A DNA stretch of 47,470 nt from NCBI GenBank assembly GCA_002633005.1, contig NMRA01000122.1:418708-466177 (forward strand), written 5' to 3'. Below the pieces are notes generated by a model, which had not been told where the DNA came from, ran no database searches, and saw nothing but the letters and a program-made list of their open reading frames with translations. The position numbers were made by a program, and so were the translations under genes. Of this stretch, positions 40,964-47,470 are shown one piece after another. Source of the stretch: Phoronis australis (taxonomy: Eukaryota; Animalia; Phoronida). Position 1 is the stretch's first letter; each line of letters starts with the position of its first letter.

Positions 40964-41099
40964 ATTTGTAATGGAGATGAGTAATAGGATTACACACAGC
41001 ACTGGACAAGCAAAATGATGACTCAGACCACTGAACAAGTCACCAGTCTCCTTGCAAAAGTGGCTTGTGCACTGAAAACAGAAACATCAACAAACCATA

Positions 41100-41408
41100 A
41101 TGTCCACAGCAAACACTAATTATTAATAATTGAATGTGACCATAAAGCATTCTTGTCCGACATTGGCTAAAATGGCTGTATCTGGGGCTAGTACAGTTTC
41201 CAGAAGCTTGTTGACATGTGGCCTCTAGTGGACAGCAACCTTAATCAGACTATCCATTGTGTTTACATAAAACAGCAACTAATATCAATAATTGAACGTG
41301 TCTGATAAAAATTATGGTGTACAAGTGGCTAAAAATGTCCATATTTGAAGCCAGTACAGTCTACAGAAGCAATTTGTGGCCTAATACTGGGCTGCAAACA
41401 TTGATTAT
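41100..41408 (+). repeat. Diverged tandem duplication (~165-bp period)
   Basis: Anchors AATAATTGAA, TGGCTAAAA, AGTACAGT, CAGAAGC and TGTGGCCT occur twice in the same order. Confidence 0.6.
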
Positions 41409-41488
41409 TAAATATGTCCCACCAGGAATTATGGTAAGCTAGCGACTATAAATATGTCCCACCAGGAATTATGGTGAGCTAGCGACTA
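41409..41488 (+). repeat. 40-bp tandem duplication
   Basis: TAAATATGTCCCACCAGGAATTATGGT(A/G)AGCTAGCGACTA x2, one mismatch. Confidence 0.92.
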
Positions 41489-41983
41489 CACCACGGCTGC
41501 ATTAATGAAATCCTTACCTCAGGTTAGTCATTACTAAAATGTGACTAATCTATGACTACACAACTAGTTCATGACAAAAATGAGAGGACGTCTCAGAATA
41601 AGTGACAGACAGAGACCTATAATATACTAGTATGACTAAATTGTGAATGATATATATATGATATATGTTTTTATTCATTGAGTGTTCGTCACAATTAAAT
41701 CTTCAGTACATCCCAATAATGCAAATGGCAAGACTAAAATGTGGCTAAATCCATTCAAATGCGTCATGGAAAATCCCTAGTTACATTTTAGTCATTTCTA
41801 AAATCGGTCTTTTAATATGACTAACATACAATGACTAATACTTGACTAAAATACGATGAACCTAGGGCAAGAAACATGATTCAACCAAATGACAGCGTAC
41901 TGAGGAGCGACACCTGGCAAAATTGAATAAGAACTTAGAAGTGAAGTTAGCAACGGAAGCAAGAAAAGCCGAACAGCAACCGT

Positions 41984-42156
41984 GATGATGAAGGCGTTGA
42001 TACTAACAATGAACAAGATATTGCTGATGATGAAGGCGTTGATACTAACAATGAACAAGATATTGCTGATGATGAAGGCCTTGATACTAACAATGAACAA
42101 GATATTGCTGATGATGAAGGCCTTGATACTAACAATGAACAAGATATTGCTGATGA
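41984..42156 (+). repeat. 42-bp minisatellite, 4 units
   Basis: GATGATGAAGGC(G/C)TTGATACTAACAATGAACAAGATATTGCT x4; G,G,C,C at the single variable site. Confidence 0.95.
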
Positions 42157-42682
42157 CGATGGTACTATCAACAACGCTAACAATGCCATTAGCAACTCAA
42201 TGACGTTGACTCACCTTAACAGACAACACAATATTGCCGATGACAGCGAAACCAATGCCAGTGACAACGATGCCGCCTACATCGAAATGATGACTTTGAT
42301 GCCACTGCTGACAGCAACGCACGGACATTGGTGGGCCGACAAGAATGTCAGTGCGGAATTTATCATTGATAGTGTTAATACCACAGCCAAACAATGTCAA
42401 TGACGATGTCCAGATGCAAACAGGCAAACGACTAAAACATCACTGCCAATAAGCAACCATCAAATGCCCACAACAACTCTGCCGACGACCGCCTTTTACA
42501 ACAAAAATGCTGACAAGACAATGAAGCCAGAGACACCAATGCCGAAAGCAATTACTTTGGCATTACTGAGAAACCACTTACTCCTCAACATCTGCTAACA
42601 CTGCCAAAAACACCACTGAGAACTGGCTATTTCACTGACTGTGGTGGAGACGACCATAGCAAAGATAGAGAGCACTGAAATA

Positions 42683-45042
42683 CCGTCAACGTTCGGGTTA
42701 ACGCCCTGGGCGTTTAAATTGGCAAACCCAAAAAATTGGGGGTGGGCAGTTAACCAGACATGGGCGCTTAAACTTGAAATTTCCAGAAATCCAGGGTGGG
42801 CGGTTAATCGAACATGGGCGCTAAATTACGACAGACAACCGCCGTGAGCGGTTAATCTTACCTAGTGATTTAAGTTCCCACATGACAAACGTACTCGGAA
42901 CGCGTACCACTTTTCAAAGAGCTTTATCGTCACGTCGCCAAATGACGGTAAAAACTTCATAACAGCGGATGATCCCTACAAAGATTCTGTTGCCCTCAGA
43001 TTAGTCATTCATAATTAAATTTACAAAATTGCTGAGTAATAAACCCGTACCATCCTGCAGTCTTGTTAATTTGTTAGAACTGTAGTGCGCAGAGGACCAG
43101 TGACACCGCAAAAGTGCGCGCGTGCAAGCTTCACATGTTTCAGAGGTCACAGCTGACACCAAGGTTACAGTACCGTGGTAGCTGACAAGTTCCGAGTCAG
43201 AGACCAGTTTTAAAATTAGTTGTAATAAAGTTTGAAAAACTAATTCAGGTGTGTTTTGTGTTTGGGATGTTTATAGTCAACACTCCATGACTCAATAACA
43301 CTTTCACATCCCGTTGCGCGAAACATGCTCAGCAAAGAAGTAAGACAAGAATCGGTGGGNNNNNNNNNNNGTAAGTGGACACAAGCCAGTCGTCAATCAA
43401 GAAGAAAATTTCGAACCACGGCATAAATATGTGATAAAACGTCACAAAACAACCACCTTACCCAACTTCGTGGTGGAAAACACATTTATTTTACATGCAA
43501 GATGTCCAGATTATATCCTATTATAACATCACCTACAATATCGCGCTGCGGCGCTGGTCGGTACCGCAGTTTGCGCGCAATGTCCTGGCAGGCAATCTTG
43601 ACTTGGAAAGGCCGTCAAGTAATATAACGGCTTCTTTCAATATGCGTCTCGTTTTTAATCGCCAAAGATAGCGGCAGGATTCAGCATGCACGTAGGGCCT
43701 ACGTATGAGTAACCTGTCAATCACGTGTTGGTGTCAAGGTAACATGCACTCAGTGTGGGAACTTACGCGCGTGCACCACTCTGACAAAGTCACACATCAA
43801 GAGAGAACAGCGACAGTCCTAAGTAAAAGAAACCGGCGTGACGCTGTGCTTTTAAGCTGTTGTTAGGAAAGACCCAGTGCTTTACGATATTCCTCTGTTC
43901 CAACGTCCCCCAAAACTGCGATGTCAAGTCTACTTCGATATGTTCCGGCTCGATGTTCCCTAGGCCCGCCCGGAGTGTGCCATGCCTGTAGCAATCTGTG
44001 TGCACCTCCTGCCAATTTTCAGTCAGTCTGCGTCGTAGATATTTCAGGCTCGAATGGTAAGAATTTTGTTCAGGCTGAAACTGGTCAATGTAGAAACAAA
44101 ATTATTCTGGATGGCTAAAAAGGGAACATGGAAATGGAAGCGAAAATTCACACAGTCAGGCGGGGGTTGACGTAAGAAATCGGAGTAAAGAACAGCCATT
44201 AGTTAAATCTGGCCAGTTTGCAATATGCCAAATACAAAATTTGACTAGAAGTTTTTTATTACTTCAAGATGATACACAAACTTACAGTAACGTAACCTTT
44301 GAACTCAGAAATCGAAAGGCAGCAAATTGGTAACCCAGTGAAGCATAGTGTCCCTTTGGTTGCCACACATCCTCCATAACCTGGCATTATAACATTCATT
44401 AAAATAGGGAGAATTTGACATCTTTCCGTGAGTTATGGGAATTCATTCTTCAAAATACGAGAGCTTCCCACCTAAAGAGAATTTGGAGGGTTGGCAAAAC
44501 CATTGTCACGTTTCTCTGGCCCGATTATTTCGAATATATGTTTTATCTACTGCACTGCAGACGGAAACTCAGCGCAGCAGACAGCGTCGTTGAAAGCGGA
44601 GGTATTGACGTTGGCGGGGTTCTTAAACTTTGCGAACATGGGAAGAAAATAAAATGACAAAAACGTTCAAGTATATTTTGAAGCAAGTCCATGACCCGGG
44701 ACAACAATTCGTTCCTTGTATTGTAATTCACATTGCCAACCGCCGTCCGGAGGCCCAGCGTCGTCGTTTTGATCATCATCCGTATCTAAAAGTCGGGAAT
44801 CGCACGTTTTCTAACACTAGGCGCTAAATCTTCAATCTTAAAAAGTCTGGGATGGGCGCTTAACCAAGAGGTGGGCGCTTAACTGGAAATATTGAAAAAT
44901 CGCAGAGGGGCGGTTAACCGAGCAGTGGGTGGTTAAATCGAAAATCCACCTAAAGTAGGGGGTGGGCGGTTAAATCAAAAATCCACCTACAGTAGGGGGT
45001 GGGCGATTAACTGAGCATGGGCGTTAACCCAAACGTTTACGG
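42683..45042. mobile_element. Non-autonomous Tc1/mariner (Tc2/pogo-type) DNA transposon, ~2.36 kb as assembled
   Basis: TA at 42681-42682 and 45043-45044; 24-bp TIRs CCGTCAACGTTCGGGTTAACGCCC vs reverse complement CCGTAAACGTTTGGGTTAACGCCC (22/24); arrays of GGGCG(G/C)TTAA near both ends; CpG-rich interior; no DDE ORF visible; spans the gap. Confidence 0.8.
43360..43370. other. Assembly gap (11 N)
   Basis: Run of n characters. Confidence 1.
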
Positions 45043-47350
45043 TAATCCAGCAGAGCTGTAGAAATCAATGGAAAGCAGAAATAATATCATTTTCATTTGA
45101 AAGTCAAAAAAAAGTATAGTGATGACATCGAAGCTAGAACTCTTGATCTCACAATCAAAACACTTTGTAGAGACCCGAGATTTTAGCAGGTCACCAAAGC
45201 GAGCCTGACCAACCGTGCTCTATGGCTCAAATGAATTAATTCTCATGAGAATGGCTATGTTTACACTTGTTCACATGTGTATATATGGGATCAAAGTGGT
45301 AAATTAGCCCTTGGCCAACATATGAAATATATCCCCTACATTTAATAATTGAGACATAACACCTCACAATAGCCAGCATCAAATAGTGATCTGTTGATTC
45401 TCTGATACCTATAAAAAGTATTACATTGAGCTGATTTAATGTTAAACAACACAGTGTTGATTGCAACAACAGTACACTGGTGTCATTATTGTGATCATTA
45501 TCAACACAATACTTAAGGTTAACAAATCATTACTAACTGAAAACCTTACATTAATTACATTGAAAGCATGTGTGCAGCCAAGCGGAAACAAAGCATGAAA
45601 CAGCTAGGATGAGTCAGAGAACGCACAGTTGGGTATATTGTTTCTAACATTATTCATACAAAAATTAAAAAAGTTCTTGGTTATTACGGTAAATAAGACT
45701 ATATGTGCAGCCAAGTGTATTTGGGGGGTACTACACTCAGTCTGAAGAGAGTTAAAAATTGTTGCTATTAAAATCATGGCCAAATACAGTACACCTATTA
45801 ATTATTTTATAATTAGTTAGCAAAAGAGTGGTGGTGATGTGTCACAACAAAGCAGACGTAAACCCAGGGATGGCTCAGTCAATTAGTCAACTATGACTAC
45901 ACTGCTGCAACATGGAGTGAATCATCCTGAAAGATGGATTAAAGATCAAGGCACCTTTGATGACCACTGAGTTCCATAACCCACTGACCTAGTTATGCCA
46001 CTGACCTTGTTATAGAGGCTGGTGTATGAGCAGTCAGCAGGCACTACATGCTGGACAAGTGAAATTCTAATTTTCTCACTTTTTTCATAAACGGTAGGTG
46101 GCACTAGGATTTTCAAGTTCTTTACTGTAGAGTCATTGGCCAATGTTTTAAAACATTATGAGCACATCTACAACAATCATGTTGGAACTACATTGTTGGC
46201 AACTTTACTCTTGAGCGAAATTAGTGGCGAGATAGTATCAGAGACGCCCCCGGTGACATGCTGACAACTACATAAAGCAAGTTGGTGGTGATAGACCATC
46301 AGCCAGTTTACAAACTCAAAACAGTAGTAATTCCTGAGAAAGTCCTAGTTCAAGGGACCATATCTTGTCACACCCACACACGGCACTAAGCTGACGGCAT
46401 TAAGGGTACAGTGTGTTTAGTTTACAGCACCTGAAGTTGATGAAGACCAATTTGGCAACTAGATGCATAAACTTCATATTGAACATTTTTTGGATTTTAT
46501 ACATCAAAATGAATCCCAGTAAAAAAAATCCCCAAAGCCATGTGTCCTTGCATTCTCTAACAATAATCACGAAAAAAAAATTAGTCACAGATCCCGGAAA
46601 AATCTAATCCTTGATTATTGTTTGGGAATAAAAGGACATACAACTTTGTAGATGGGTCAAAGAGCACGATTCATTTCAATATATGACACACAAAAAATTC
46701 TGTTAAAATTCAATTTTAGTTGACTTGCCATCATTTTTAGACAGCACCAGTCATTTTGAGTGTCAAGTAAACGCTCCATTTCACGGCTCATTTTGAATTC
46801 AGCTACTTGGTGAAAAAATGACATGAGGTGCAATTAGTCAGCATAAAATTCACTATGTGGGTGAATCAGAATTGTAAACTGTTCAGTTTTTCATAAGTGA
46901 AAACGTCAATATTTACATTAATTATTTTTAACTTTATCATTAACACTAACAAATAAGTAATAATATCTGTTTTATTTACACAAGTCTGAATATTTGAAGT
47001 CACCAACCTGTAGTAAAGGAAATTTGTTTCCAGTCAGACACCATATTGTGATCCACATGTTTCCTCTATATATCCGTTTCCAATACACGCTTTGCAGTGT
47101 TACTGCCATTCAAGTGGAAAAGGATATCTAATACGAGCGTGGGAAACGCCATTTTTGATTTCTGCGGCACTCCACCAGCTCCCCACTAAGTAATACAAGC
47201 GTGCTCAGTGGCTTGAGAACCTCGCAGAAACCAAGCACCCCATGATGATGAGGGCTGGATACAGTCTGCAAGTAAAAGAAGTATACAGGCCGTGGCACAT
47301 CATCATTCCAACTCCCCTCTTCTGTAGAGAACGAAATAGACAATAACCTA

Positions 47351-47470
47351 CCGTAATCGTTCGGGTTAACACCCTGGGCGGTTAAATTGGCGAACCCAAA
47401 AAATCGGGGGTGGGCGGTTAACCAGACATGGGCGCTTAAACGTGAAATTTCAAGAAATCGGGGGGGGGGG
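47351..47470 (+). mobile_element. Left end of a second copy of the same Tc1/mariner-type element (cut by window edge)
   Basis: TA+CCGTAATCGTTCGGGTTAACACCCTGGGCGGTTAAATTGGCGAACCC... aligns with 42683-42800. Confidence 0.85.

Noticed and set aside
44655-44700. FKYILKQVHDPG resembling histone H2B (KVLKQVHPD)
   Set aside because: The match is only ~5 residues and the flanks do not continue the histone fold.

Overview
Eukaryotic invertebrate genomic DNA, probably lophotrochozoan judging by the SoxC N-terminus; AT-rich, with one 11-N assembly gap. Only one protein-coding gene is well supported: a two-exon SoxC (Sox4/11/12-type HMG-box transcription factor) on the minus strand, join(7422..7320, 6776..5794), 361 aa, with a TATA/E-box/CCAAT/GC-box promoter and a long U-rich 3' UTR. 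The window splits into two compositional domains. Positions 1 to ~24.9 kb are CpG-rich, with enhancer-like motif clusters and a second promoter-like site at ~21.1 kb. Positions ~24.9-47 kb are CpG-poor and strand-skewed, resembling a methylated, intron-rich minus-strand gene body with no recognisable coding exons. Repeats include TA-flanked Tc1/mariner (Tc2/pogo-type) non-autonomous elements, two abutting TTAA-flanked Kolobok-like elements, Harbinger-type MITEs, and 21-bp and 42-bp minisatellites. A Penelope-type inverted repeat at ~38.8-39.0 kb carries one intact and one decayed minimal hammerhead ribozyme core. Most short ORFs in the track look like chance. Repeat family assignments come from terminal motifs only, not database searches.
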